A stretch of 64,000 nucleotides of DNA from Camelus dromedarius (taxonomy: Eukaryota): contig NC_087448.1 in assembly GCF_036321535.1 (NCBI RefSeq), positions 60,512,001-60,576,000 on the forward strand, in the 5' to 3' direction. This document shows positions 42,738 through 54,737 of the stretch, piece after piece. The notes under the pieces were generated by a model. The model had not been told where the DNA came from and made no database searches. It worked only from the letters and a program-made list of their open reading frames with translations. The position numbers and the translations under genes are program-made. Each line of letters starts with the position of its first letter. Within the stretch, counting starts at the first letter, position 1.

Positions 42738-44039
42738 TGACGTGGCAGTCAGACAGCCCGTGCAAGTAGACAGCATTTGGGGGGCGGGGGGGGGGGGAGC
42801 AGCTCTATTTAATTGTTTTTCAGAAGAGCTCCTCTGTGAGTTTGAAATCTCTTGCTTAGCAGTTTTAAGAAAATTCTTAAGCATATTACTTTTGGAGGAA
42901 AACCAAGTTAAGATAGTTATCTGATTTTTTTTTAATGCAGAAGATAAAGTAACAATGATAACTGTATAGGACTTAATGCTACAGAGATTTTTCCGTCCCT
43001 TAAATTGCTAAGCACTACTGTCACTCACTAAATGTTGGTCAACTTCTGAATCAAATAAGACACTCTCCTTACTCTTACAAAGCATATAGGCGAACGGAGG
43101 AGATGATATTTACAAATAAGCTACAAAGCAGACAGAACTGACTCTAAGATAAGATAGTGTGATTTAAGTGCTGTTTATAAAGGTTTAAACAAGTTGGGAT
43201 AGAAACATTATGGAAGGTATGATTAATTCTGAGACAATAGTAGTAGATGTTCTGTTTGTATTTGTTGAATTTCTCAAATTAGATCTTTTTAAAGTTGATG
43301 TGAAGGTTGGAGAACAGAGGAAGGTACTTAGTGGGAAGGAAAACCAAACTGGATTTGCACATTGACACTAAAGACCTCAGTTTCATTGTCTGCTGTTTCA
43401 TCTCTTGCAAAGCACTTGCAAATAATGCTAATATTTCAAAATCTGAACTTGTTTATCAAACTATCAGTTTTCAAATTGTCACATATCCATCTAAGGAATC
43501 AGTGTGGCTTGTTCCAAATTTTTTTTAAAGTGAAATCTATTTATTAAGCTTTTAAAATTACCATGAAAAATAAGTGTGCTGTTTTTCTTATATCTATTAT
43601 ATTTATAATTTTAGTAATTACTTAAAAATAAGAATCGAAAATAATTTCCAATTTAAAAAGTCTCCTTGAACCCATTTCTTTCATGGTGACAAAGCACTTT
43701 TTTTTTCAGATTTACTGTTAAGCTTTAAAAGCACTTTTACACTGTAAGGCAATTAACAAATACCTGAAAATCTTTTCAAATGTTTTGATGCTTTATAGCC
43801 AGCAGAGGGCATTAAATTGCTAGTAATGAACAGTCATTTGAATTTTTAAAATTAGGATGAAATGCCAATATCTCAGAGGTAATTATTTCACTAAGATAAG
43901 CTTGCATAAAAATCTGATTTTTCTAAGATCAACTAGATGTATTTCTCAGATTACAACATTTAAATTCATAAAGCTACACAGTTCACAGGAAAGAAACTGT
44001 TACTCATATTGCAGGGACTTTAAAAAAATAAATTCTTAG

Positions 44040-44380
44040 CAAATATAACTACAAATAATAAGTTTAAAATAAATCTAAGAGTTCCCATCACAAGAAAAAA
44101 AAATTGCAATCATGTGAGGTGATTATGTTGATGAAACTTACGGTAATCATTTCACAACTTATGCATATATCAGACCATTATGTTGTGCACCTAAAACTAA
44201 TACAGTGTTGTATATCAATTACATCTGAATAAAAGTGGAAAAAGGAAGACTTAAAAAGAATGTAAAATATCTTATTGGTAATTTCATAATGATAGGATCA
44301 TATTTTGGTTTTACTGGGTTGAATAAAATGCATAATTAGAATTTAAATAAAATAAAGAATAAAAGAAATTATAGATAACT
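44040..44380 (+). mobile_element. L1 3' end fragments
   Basis: aaatctaagagttcccatcacaagaaaa...gtgcacctaaaactaatacagtgttgtatatcaattacatctgaataaaagtgg. Confidence 0.75.
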
Positions 44381-44464
44381 AAACACCGGTGGCTACCACT
44401 GGGAAGTGATGGACTAGACTAGACCATCTTCAAAGTCTCCTTCAACTCTGATTTTACTGATTCT

Positions 44465-45067
<603 letters not shown>

Positions 45068-48000
45068 CGGTCCTGTCTTAATCCACATTTCTATAGAACA
45101 GATGCTGTTGCAGGCAGTGGCTTATATCATTTCAGATTTGCAACTAACTGAAGTTTCTGATTACAGGTGTAAATACATATAATATGTACTACTCCTATTT
45201 TGTATCACCATGTGTTTCGTGCTTTCTGGTTAACTTGGTGCCAGTCCGATGCGATTTCAAAAGCAGGTTTGTCCCGCCTATGTTCTAGTAAGAAGCAGCT
45301 TCTTTTCTGGGAGAAAACAAATGAGAGGCAACTGCGTGGATAGTATTTGAAGGGTGTTAGCAGAATAAAGGCAGCTTTCAGCAGCCGTTTCATATAAGGC
45401 ATGTTGTGTGGCTAGTCCAGAAAAAAAACAGTAAAATTGTTCATGTTGCAGAAATCAGGAACTTAGCAGCACTAGAGCAAATAACACTTGAAAACAAAAC
45501 AAAGCCCTGAGACCCATATAATTTAAATAACCTCACTTTTAGTGCTACTGGCAAAAAAAAAAAAAAAAAAAAATCAAGCTTGTAAAATCAGTTATGTAAG
45601 TCACATGAACTTTCATTTCTGAAGTTGAAACACCTGTAACTGGACTCTCGTGCTGATGTGAATGGTACATTCTGAACAGATTTCAACTGTGATTGGAAAA
45701 GAGAAACTGTGAAGCTGAGGATCGTGCTGCCTTGTCATCTACCACTGCAAAAAAAAAAGTCTAATATGGGAAGATAAATATGAAAATAGCATGAAATGAG
45801 CCATGTTCCCAAATTGCAAAATAAGAGCAGAACGTAGTCCACAAATCACCCACGGAGGTGCCTGCTTTCCACGTGGGAGATCAGGTTCCTGTGTCCCTGG
45901 TGGTTCATGTCAGGCAGCTCTGCAGCCTTCGGAGTCTGCAGCCGTGTGTGTGAGTCTCGTGTGCAGGAGGAGCAGGTGAAGTACGAGCACTGGACAGAAG
46001 CACCAGATGTTTACTGATACCACCCCACAGTCCCACGTTAAGTATCTAGGTGAGGGCACTCTTTTTGCCACACTTTCCTCACATATTGGCAAATATTATT
46101 TACAGATTACCAAAATCATGTGATGAAGCCTTTGAGAAAATCTAGACACACTGCTAGCATCAAATTTATGAGTTATCCAATGTAATGTCTCTATTGATTA
46201 AATCACCTGCTGACCACATCTGGTAGCCTGTTGTAAAGCTACAGCCTCAAACCTGGAAATAACTTCCCAAATAAAATAATAATTTCATAATCCTTATCAT
46301 TTCTGGGGAACAGTGGTACTGAGTAACAGGACTTTGAGTGAATATGTACACAAAATCCAAAACCTGTTCTTATTTACCCTTGGATGATAAAGAGAGAATT
46401 CCCCAAATTTCTAGGTACTTTCCACCCACCAAAAACTGCATTGCTTGGAAAAATATTTCACATCCTCTTAAAAATGTATAATTTAAGAAGGTAATTATGC
46501 TTGTAACAGACGGTACTTCAGTGATCCAAGAGGTTTCTTCATTTATACAATTCTGTCTCATCTCTTTCTAGCATTAGTGCACATAGTAGTCGTTTCTCGT
46601 TAAATTGTATTCAAGGTAGGAATGATCGTGTGAAAAAGATGTGTGAGTGAGCTGGTACTGTCACATCCTGTAATGACTAGTGTTATCTAATAGAAGCTTT
46701 CTATATACAATAGAAAATATTACATTTTACACTAAAGCTAGGTGGTCCATTTAGCATTTAGAAACCCCCCATGGTGTACTGGTTTATCAACTATGTGTTG
46801 TGCACTTGTATGTACCGGGCACAGTGTTCGGTACTGTGGAATCAAACGCAAACGAGACCGTCCCAGCCCTCTGGAGCTGAGAGTCTAGTAGTAAATCTGT
46901 AGAACCAACTTCATGTTTTTGAACTTTTAAAACAAAACAAAACAGGCGATTTTTCTTTTGCTTGAAAAAAATGGAATTGATTTCTTAATCAGCTCTATTT
47001 CGAAACAGATTTCCCTTCTCTTCTGAGCAGTCAGGTAATGGATGAAGACTTCCTTGGAAAAATGCTGCTTTTCTTCTGTGTCTCAAGGCTGGGTTTTTTT
47101 TTTTGCTTTTTGTCTCCTTTTGCTTCTTTGTTTACCAGTAATTCCCCATCTCCCCTCTTCTTGGAAAAGGCGTTAATATGGTGAAGTCTTCCTCATATGA
47201 GTACTGTTGCATGAAAGCGCATTAGATACACTGATTTTTTGCTCCAGAGATCAAACAGGGCTTTTTCAATCTCTCCATAAGTGGTCAAACTCATCCTTTG
47301 GTAATCTTATACCTTTACAGAATTAATCGGTAATGGTTGCTTATAAACTACATTAAAAAAAAAACACTTTGGATTTTTCATGCAGCTTTGAGAAACTAGG
47401 ACAGAACATCCCAGTGAACCTGAATTGTTTCTCGAAAAATAAATGGTTAAAGTGGTACATGTGCGCCATCACTAGCCCAGTCTCAGCAGAAGCCTTTATT
47501 AGGGGACATGAAATTCAGAGAATTTAGAATTGATGAGAAGTTAACCCTTCAGTCATTGTAACGTTTTCACGTTTTAACCAGACGTTGGAATTTTTTACTG
47601 GCAAGGATTGTCAAAAATTGTAATGCAGTATTTGAGTTCAGGCTTCTGTATGTGCTCATTTAGCATTCACTCCCTGAGGAAAACAATCTAAAAAAATGTC
47701 ATAGCATTTCTTCTGTAGGATAACTGGCAACGTGGATGCGCTAAGCTGTTAACTGCATCAGCAGTGCCAAACATGTTTCAGGTTGCCACGGACAAGGGTC
47801 ATGCAATAGAGAATAATAACCTGGCCTGCTCACAAGACCCAGAACATTGTGTTGTTCAAGCCTGTTTTTTTTTGTTGTTATTTTTCCTGTTAAAAAACTG
47901 AGATGTGAAAAGTTTGTTTTAGTCATTAGATGATATTTTAATACCTGCCAGTGCTTTGGAACTGTAAAGATGTCACTTTCCAATACATTTCCTTTATGTT

Positions 48001-48425
48001 TGTTTGTTTGTTTTTTTGTTTTTTAACAGTATAAGTCAGAAAAAGTTGGACAACAAACTAGCATTTAGAATCTCCTTTTCTTTGTTTTCTAAGGAACTGA
48101 ATACCCCATCACAGCAACAAAAGCATTTTATAAATACCACTTGCTAGACTTTAAGCACCGGCTTAACTCTATGTCCCAAATATTCGGTGTATATAGTCAA
48201 CAAATAAAGCAAAATATAACACACATTCCAGATTTTGTCTTTTCCTGTTATGGATTTAACAGCTGAGCTGTATGACAAGATTAGGCGATCCTGGCATATG
48301 TTAAGTTCAAATTAATGTAAAACAAACAAAAAAGAAACTTTCTATATAAGTAATGTTTTTGTTTACTATAGCTAGGCTTCAGTTATCCTTCAAATGCACA
48401 CTTACACTGTTATCTGATTGTTTAT

Positions 48426-48431
48426 AATAAA
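48426..48431 (+). terminator. Candidate distal SMAD9 polyadenylation signal (AATAAA)
   Basis: AATAAA followed by T-rich sequence about 3.4 kb after the stop codon. Other AATAAA hexamers occur (45364-45369, about 48204), so the site actually used cannot be determined from sequence. Confidence 0.35.
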
Positions 48432-48710
48432 GAATGCTATACCTATACATCTTTTGGCTCATTTTTTTCCCTGCAAACCTCAGAAGGATTCATTGCATTT
48501 GGATCCTTAAGATGCTCTTAATCCTATTTTGAAAATGGGATGTTTTTGAAATCCAACGCCCTACAGAGAAATTAGGTAACAGTTTCGAATCAAACATCTT
48601 GGGATAACTGATGTTAAATACAGAATCTTGATGATACCTTGCAGTAATTTTATTTCATATATTTATTAAGCACATTTCCTACTCTGTATAATAGCACTGT
48701 TCCCCTGGAG

Positions 48711-48899
48711 GGGTGCACTGTTCCTGGAGGTACTGCAATACCAGGTCAGTGCGTGCAGTGGACGGAGCAAGCTCCTATTCCAATTCCTTGCTCCAAAAAT
48801 CCATTTAATACACTGTCCTCGGATAGAGAATGTATCAGATATTAAACTGATAAGAACAGATACTACAGTTGATCTTAGCCAAAAGGCCGAGAAGCCAAT
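48711..48899 (-). pseudogene. Full-length U2 snRNA retrocopy
   Basis: Reverse complement reads ...GCTTCTCGGCCTTTTGGCTAAGATCAACTGTAGTATCTGTTCTTATCAGTTTAATATCTGATAC...ATTTTTGG (Sm site)...GACCTGGTATTGCAGTACCTCCAGGAACAGTGCACCC, with roughly a dozen differences from canonical U2. It is flanked by the 16-bp direct repeat CCTTGCAGTAATTTTA (48637-48652 and 48900-48915). Confidence 0.95.
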
Positions 48900-49299
48900 C
48901 CTTGCAGTAATTTTAGGAAGGATATGTACAGAGCTTTTTTCCCCTGGATATTAGCAAATATTAAATGATATTACAGTATATAGGAGAGAATGAACAATTT
49001 GATTATGGTAAACATCTGTACGTTACTAGACAGTACCCATTAGAAAGGTGTTAAAGAAGGCTACTGCGAAAGAACTAAGATGAAATCCAGGAGGAATATG
49101 AACATACCTAAAAATGTAAATTCTGTCTTCCCTCAATTTAAATTTTCTGCCAGTCTATAAGTGGAGGGGGAAAAATATGCAAATACTTTGAGAAAACTTA
49201 GCCTTTTATCAACTTGATCAAAGTTTTCCTTTTAAATTTTTAAAAAAGAAATGGAGCCCTTTATTCAAAAGAAATAATTTGTGGAATTCCAAAATATAA

Positions 49300-50040
49300 A
49301 CATGTGAAAGACAAGCTACTCTGGCTCAGATGTAGGTGGAGGTTATGGTGGATAGGTGGATAATAGCTAAAGTCAGAAACTGAGGGAGTGTTAATGGTAA
49401 GAATACTAAAATTCCTATGTCAATTAGTTACACAAAAGAAATCAGGACTATTTGACAATCTGTATTATTTCTATTTTCTAATTCTAGAAAAAAATGGGAA
49501 ATTATAAATCAACAACCATTTGAAAGATCCCAAATTGAGGCCTTTTAAGCCAAGACTGGAAACCCACAAGCCATAAAAGAAGTGTCAGATATGCTGAAAT
49601 ACTCAGAAACTGAAAGCTTATACAGCAAAAGATACTATAAAGACATACATAAATAGGCCAATTTCAGAAGTGGATAAAAATGACACAGGGTTAATTTTTA
49701 TAATAGTCACCAGACTTCTGCCATTGAGTAGAAAAAAGGAGCCTAATCAAAATAGACAAAGGATGTGTCTTAGCAATTCACAGAAAAGCAAATCTAAGTA
49801 GCTTAACGTAGAAAAGGGTGCTCGAATTTTCCGGTATTCAGGGAAATGCTAGTAAGTTTAACAGTGAGTGGTACGTAGCTGTCAGAATGGCAAAAGTTAA
49901 AAAAGAACAGTCACTCCTACTGCTGGCAAAGATGTGAGGAAAATAAATTCTCCCTTGTTGCTGGTGGACACGTGAAGTGATACAGCCTGCCGTGGGGAAA
50001 GGAATTAACAAGTGGAGTCATCCACACGTTATTTCTGTCT
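49300..50040 (+). mobile_element. Old L1 ORF2 3' fragment (L1ME-like)
   Basis: aatagacaaaggatgtgtcttagcaattcacagaaaag; cagaatggcaaaagttaaaaa; tgctggcaaagatgtgaggaaa. Confidence 0.6.
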
Positions 50041-50249
50041 GGATTCTTTCACGACATTATGGGAGAATCAGCTGTCTTACTGGGTGACTACACTCCCAAC
50101 CAAAAATTCTATTATGAAGAAAGAAGGGGAAGAGGTTATCAGGAGACTTAGCGGGCTACTAGCTACTCGCCGTCTCTTACTGACTTCAATGTATCTTTCT
50201 AATTTTTCCCCTTTTCCTAAAGCCTCTTATCAACTCCTCTGCTCTTCTT

Positions 50250-51170
50250 GACTCCAGAATAGAAGATGGCTTTGCTGGAAAATGGAAGCTGTCAATGACT
50301 TTATGTTATTACTGCAAATATGCTGCATCTATACATCCTCTATCTCCTCTAGCCTCAAACTAGCACAGCATCATTCTGCCATATTCTGTCACAGGGCCTG
50401 TCTGGATTCAAAGGGGTAGAAAAATAAAATCTGGTTCTTAATAGGCCACATCACGTAAGGCCACATGTGGGAGCTTTTGTTGTGGCCATCAGAGCAGTCT
50501 ACCATGCCTACCCTGAAAGCATTTGCACAGCTATTTAAAACCACAGTAATCATATATGGAACTGTGAGATAATAATAAATTGTTGTTTGAAGCCACTAAA
50601 CTTTCGGGTGATTTGTTATACAGCAATAACTACACAGCTAGGTGTATCAGTTACCTACTGTCTTAAGAATGCGGCATAACAAACCACCCCACAACTCTGT
50701 GGCTTACAATCATAAGCATTTATTATTGTTCACAAGTCTACAGGTCGGCAGGGTGGTTTTGCCAATTTGGGCCAGATCCAATGTACCTGAAGTTGGTGGG
50801 CAGGTTAGCTGGGGGACAGCCACTCTAGCACAGCCTCACTCACATGTCTGGCTGTTTATTGGCTACTTGCTGGTACAACAGAGGTGCCTGGGCCATGTGT
50901 CTCATTATCCTGCAGGATAGGCTGGTCTGGGTTTGTTACCATGGCAGCTGGGTAGGATTCTAAAAGAACAAGTGGAAGTGTTCAAAACCTTTGGAAGTCT
51001 ACTCAGAACTGGCATATTATTATTTCCTCTATATTCTATTGGCCAAAATAAGTCACAAGGCCAGTCTTCCAGATTTAAGGGATAAATAAACTCAGTCTCT
51101 CAGTGGATGGAACAGCAAAATCATACTGCAAGACTTATAAATACATGGAGGGATAAAAATTTGGGGACAC
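50250..51170. mobile_element. Cluster of MLT1 (MaLR) LTR pieces
   Basis: aataaattgttgtttgaagccactaaactttcgggtgatttgttatacagcaata (MLT 3' end); tgtatcagttacctactg...gcataacaaaccaccccacaactctgtggcttacaa; cctctatattctattggccaaaataagtcacaaggcc. Confidence 0.75.
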
Positions 51171-51232
51171 ATTGCAAGAAATCTACCCCAAATAAGTAAA
51201 AATCATATCACTGTTTTTATTTATATATATTT

Positions 51233-51242
<10 letters not shown>

Positions 51243-51298
<56 letters not shown>
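51243..51298. repeat. Compound (TG)14(TA)14 microsatellite
   Basis: Read directly; the flanks are also AT-rich. Confidence 0.95.
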
Positions 51299-51305
<7 letters not shown>

Positions 51306-52411
51306 TATAAATTAATTAATTCAATCCCTTTCCTTTCAGTTCAGCTCTCACTGGCCTGTTACTTTCCCTACTTTCCTAATCCTCATACTCCACTGGAAGA
51401 AAGATAAACTGGTTTTTTCTTTTTTACTACAAAAGTTAACTTACACTGTAGGGATTCAATAAAGCTCCCAACACCATAAGTAAGAAAAAAAACTAACAGT
51501 TAATCACAAATGTAAGTGAATTCCTTTGCATCTGGTGGGAAGCAACTAAAGAATAGAATAAGTGAGTAAGAGTAAGACAACTTAAAGGTCAACAACTGGA
51601 CTTTAATGAATAGTTCTTGTAAAAGCATTTTTGCACAGATATGCAAGTATAAAACACATATTAAAAAATGAACAAAAGATTCCTTCTCTTCTTAAGTACT
51701 TCTTAGAAAAGCTATGACTGAAGTTTAACCTGATATGTATTTCAGAGCTTAAAGCCCAAGAGACTAGCAAATTTTTGCATAGTTTAACTTGAGGCACATG
51801 CATTTACTGTCTTAACACTGGAAATACTTTCTTGAGATTTGATTTGATACTCCTGATGGTAACTTTTGCCTTTTAAGTTTTCCTAGGGGAAAATATAAGA
51901 AAAAAGTATCTATCCAGATTACCCATCACTCTCTGAACATTACTTAGGAACAACATGATCTTAAAATAGCTCAATGTTGAAAAACAGACAAAATGCTGGA
52001 GTGTTATTCTTATTTTCAGGATCTCTTTTTGAAAAAAAAAATGAGTGTAAAAAATTATTTCTATCCTGACATTGGTGGGATGAGATACATTCATACTGTT
52101 CACAAATTCAACACACAAGAGTGTCTGCTTCAAAAGAGCTCGACACTAATAGGGAACATGAAGTGGAGAAGCCAACTTGAGGAGATGCACTCATTCCAGA
52201 GTACTTAGATAACCCATCTCAGGTTTTACCAGCACATCTCTGAAAAGACAGGCACATCCTAATTTCACAGAGATTTAACAAGATCACTGTCCTCAAAGGT
52301 ATAAAATACGCTTACCTCTTTGACAGCTCCAGTCTTAACTGCAAAGAAGAGGTTATTACGAGAACCTGATTCCAGGTGCTGCAAATACATTTTATCATCA
52401 CAAGTAGCTCT

Positions 52412-52591
52412 CAGTGTTTCTTAAGAGGAGTATTATTGGCATTGTGTGCAAGATAATTCTTAACTGTGGGGAACCACTCTGGACACTTAGCATTCCTGGC
52501 CCAGTCACTAAAACCCATCAGTTCAAGGTCACTGTGACAAGCAAAAACACATCCCCACACATTTCCAACTGCCCCTTGATAAGAACCACTG
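52412..52591 (-). mobile_element. MER20-family relic in the RFXAP 3' region
   Basis: Minus strand cagtggttcttatcaaggggcagttggaaatgtgtggggatgtgtttttgcttgtcaca...gggccaggaatgctaag...aagaattatcttgc...aagaaacactg, with MER20-like terminal repeats. Confidence 0.7.
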
Positions 52592-52932
52592 AGCTAGATG
52601 ATCCAAGATCAGTATCTATTGACTTCGTGACTTCCACAGAAAGCAACTGCTTCAATACCTTCAGTAACAATGACTGAAGAGAAACACTTTGTTTAAAAAA
52701 AAATGTGATTAAATATTATTTTGGAAAGATAAGCTGATTCAAATCCATGGTAATCTGAAAGGATCATGTGCACAATGTGCAATACTCATTTGTCCTCAAA
52801 CGCACACGTACATTTACGTGAAAATGACTGTTTATGTTCTATTGGCATATCTCACCCCACTTATCTTTAGTATAAAAATATGTCCATCCACTAAAAGAAG
52901 ATAAAAAAACATGTCAAGCTGGATAAATTCCC

Positions 52933-53043
52933 TCACACCGATGTTCCTGGAAACTGTTGTTGTCTTTGCTCCAAAACTTGCTGATTTAATAGTTGTTGCT
53001 GTTTCTGTAAAAATTGCACCACTTCTGGACTTCTCAGTAATGA
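52933..53043 (-). CDS. RFXAP: RFXAP last coding exon (Gln-rich C-terminal domain)
   Basis: Not in the ORF track. Acceptor tctttttcctttttaag, then SLLRSPEVVQFLQKQQQLLNQQVLEQRQQQFPGTSV* (111 nt). Confidence 0.97.
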   Translation of the reverse strand, partial: SLLRSPEVVQFLQKQQQLLNQQVLEQRQQQFPGTSV

Positions 53044-53869
53044 CTTAAAAAGGAAAAAGAAAAAATATATTTATTAACAGCACTATTCTTATGGGATTAG
53101 ATTGTATTCACACTATAAAATTACTCTGACATATCATCACACAAGATATAATATGCTTACAAAACAAGTCTTTGCATCTGATGCACTGTAATTAAACTGC
53201 AAACTAATAATAAAATTTGATGTCCTACACCAAAATACTAAGACCTAAAAATAATGGGTGAAACCCGATCTTACTGGTGACTTTACTTACAAAGAAAATG
53301 CTTTTATGACATGCCAGCATGTATACTCTTTATGAACATCAGAGCGAAGAGCCAAGAACAGCACTGGCCCACGATTACAGCAAGAAAAAAAAGGAAACGA
53401 AAAGGTGCCCATGTGAACACGGCAGTTAAATATCAGTTTAAAAATACATACATGTAAGACTAGTACTGGAACTCAAGTTCCTCTCACTAGCTTACAAAGA
53501 TTTCTGAAGAAATTAAAAATTATGGATGTGTGTATAGGTATATATGTATTAATAAAAGTAATATTAGCACATTACCAAAATTTCAGAAAATACAACTGCT
53601 CTAAAACAACCAATATTGTTCTGCACACTTACCACCTTTAAATATAGTTATAATCATATAACAAATACAACAGACTATGGCTAATATGTCTTTATTGTAA
53701 TAAAATGCTTATATAAATTAATGAAAAAAAAACTTTGGACCCAATAAACTGAACAAGAGAAACAAAACACAGTGCAAATACTATCATTAAATTCTGATTT
53801 TTAGAATTTAATATTCTAGCATAGTACATTTTCTATTTATTAAATAGTTTTGTTTAAAATTTATTTGTA

Positions 53870-54590
53870 AAGACTGCCCAACCTTCTATTAAATAAGTGA
53901 ATGTACAATAGTCTACTTAGCTGTTATGAGACTGTTGAAAAAGGAGGTTGTTTGAACTATTATTTTACTATTTGTGGTAAATACATTTCTGGCAACATCC
54001 TTATGCTTAAGTTTGTCCATATTTAGGATTCATTTCCTGCGAGTGTCTTCACGGTAAGTATGATTTCTGAGTGAAGGGATGACCACTTTAAGGACTCCTG
54101 ACACGTACCGCCCAGCTGCTTTCTGAAGTGTTGTACCAGCATGTGGTGGCGTCAGCAGAATAAGAGTGCGCACCTCATGGAAACCTCAACATCACTGTGT
54201 GTTACCACTTAAATAATTTGCACTCATTGTACTGTTTATTGCATGATTTTTACTGATATTAAATACCTTTCCATTTCATTTAATGGAAGCATTTCTTCTT
54301 TTTTTCCTATTTATATTTTTTGCAATGTGTTAAAGCCAAAATTTTTTCCTCATCCACTTGTATGAATATTTTGTATAACAAAAATATCAGCCACATTAAC
54401 CAGTCTTTTATATCTCTCGCAAATATTTTTCCTATATGTTATTATGAAGTTTGCATAATTTTACTGCCATTTTTGACTACAGTCTTCATTTTTAGGTAGT
54501 CGAGTTCGTATTTTCTTTATAATTTTGTCTTTATCAGATTCCAGCGTGTATTCTATTCTGATGACCAGTTCAACAGGTTTTAAAATCTCA
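53870..54590 (-). mobile_element. Old L1 (L1ME-like) in RFXAP intron 2
   Basis: Reverse-complement L1 3' phrases (gcccagctgctttctgaagtgttgtaccagc; cctcatggaaacctcaacatcactg; tttattgcatgatttttactg). Divergent, so boundaries are loose. Confidence 0.55.
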
Positions 54591-54599
54591 AAATCTAAA

Positions 54600-54731
54600 N
54601 NNNNNNNNNNNNNNNNNNNNNNNNNNNNNNNNNNNNNNNNNNNNNNNNNNNNNNNNNNNNNNNNNNNNNNNNNNNNNNNNNNNNNNNNNNNNNNNNNNNN
54701 NNNNNNNNNNNNNNNNNNNNNNNNNNNNNNN
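54600..54731. other. N gap covering most of RFXAP exon 2 (one of nine N runs)
   Basis: N runs at 5485-5632, 5882-6016, 10119-10252, 19379-19515, 20062-20258, 20706-20853, 21284-21417, 54600-54731 and 60646-60787. Confidence 0.95.
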
Positions 54732-54737
54732 ACTTTC
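54630..54737 (-). CDS. RFXAP: RFXAP exon 2 (inferred; only the acceptor and first 6 nt are visible, the rest is in an N run)
   Basis: The minus strand reads ttgcattttatcttttatctcag|GAA AGT (E,S) and then enters Ns (54600-54731). I recall human exon 2 as 108 nt starting ESADNIL; that length would end at 54630, inside the gap. Confidence 0.8.

Noticed and set aside
45553-45573. A21 tract as a transcript end or retro-insertion tail
   Set aside because: No element body or TSD was recognised. It matters mainly as an oligo-dT internal-priming artefact in the SMAD9 3'UTR.
48711-48899. Functional U2 gene
   Set aside because: The 5' flank is directly the target-site duplication, leaving no native PSE/DSE promoter, and there are several substitutions.
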